The notes beneath the pieces were generated by a model. That model saw only the letters and a program-made list of their open reading frames with translations. It did not search any database and was not told the origin of the DNA. From Desulfobacteraceae bacterium (lineage in GTDB: Bacteria > Desulfobacterota > DSM-4660 > Desulfatiglandales > B25-G16), in contig JAUWZV010000001.1 in NCBI GenBank assembly GCA_030615105.1, positions 1,399 to 65,398 on the forward strand: a stretch of DNA of 64,000 bases. Reading direction: 5' to 3'. A program made the position numbers and the translations under genes. Positions 63,711-64,000 of the stretch are shown here, in pieces (the stretch's first letter is position 1; each line of letters starts with the position of its first letter).

Positions 63711-64000
63711 CTACCCACCGCCTAGAAGACAGTATAAAAAGAAGACACCAGTGAGGAAAAGTCCGATTATGGCCAAGGCATCCCAATTAATGACGCGAAA
63801 GGTCTTTCGGCTTGAATTAGAAGTCAATCCCACTATAACCACACCGGTCATCATAATTGCGATTATGCCTGTCAAGATATGAGCCGGATTAACATCTGAA
63901 AGGAATGATCCCTTGAGATAAAAGACATCGTCAATGGCAATAATGAGGAGGTCGAACAAATTGCTTCCCAAAATATCGGCGATAGCCATGTCTTTGGCAC
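63711..64000 (-). CDS. CaCA (Na+/Ca2+ exchanger) family protein, C-terminal part (continues beyond the window)
   Basis: IADILGSNLFDLLIIAI alpha-repeat motif and terminal TM segments. The ORF is open to the window edge. Confidence 0.65.
   Translation of the reverse strand, partial: AKDMAIADILGSNLFDLLIIAIDDVFYLKGSFLSDVNPAHILTGIIAIMMTGVVIVGLTSNSSRKTFRVINWDALAIIGLFLTGVFFLYCLLGGG

Overview
This is a 64-kb chromosomal window. It probably comes from a Desulfobacterota/deltaproteobacterium-like anaerobe, inferred from gene content only: an lptC-lptA-lptB-rpoN-hpf-ptsN block, lapAB, a DUF39 homocysteine gene, MJ0042-type zinc-ribbon proteins and many B12 mutases. There are three zones. (1) 1-9246 is an AT-rich integrative element ending at a tRNA-Leu(GAG) located downstream of secG. 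It carries a tyrosine integrase, RHH and XRE regulators, an AlpA-like excisionase, a CHC2-Toprim-P-loop primase/helicase followed by an AGGAAACT iteron array, a TerS-like HTH protein and an ERCC4 nuclease. It has no virion genes, so it looks satellite/PICI-like or like an integrative mobilisable element. (2) About 11-37 kb is an acyl-CoA catabolic island. It encodes TetR, an acyl-CoA dehydrogenase, two SCP-x-type thiolase-like proteins plus a DUF35 protein, and four divergent paralogous B12-dependent acyl-CoA mutase large subunits. Three of the mutases have their own B12-binding small subunit and the fourth is truncated. The island also encodes an AMP-forming CoA ligase and a LIV-type ABC importer. 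The adjacent minus-strand operon is decaying: a frameshifted ADP-forming acyl-CoA synthetase alpha gene, a shattered thiolase pseudogene and a 0.84-kb ORF-free gap. The 20-kb core of the island is bracketed by two 291-bp direct repeats that differ at 7 positions. (3) 37.8-64 kb holds housekeeping genes: nifU-like, purD, lapAB, gap, PTS-Ntr, hpf, rpoN, lptBAC, kdsA, DUF39, a LarE-like gene, serS, an M20 peptidase, an AtoE-like transporter, a C-N hydrolase and CaCA antiporters. Their intergenic spacers are packed with several families of nested hairpin/MITE-like repeats. Some of these repeats supply gene termini or truncate genes. I saw no CRISPR array, rRNA gene or phage structural genes. All similarity statements are by-eye motif recognition; no searches were run.
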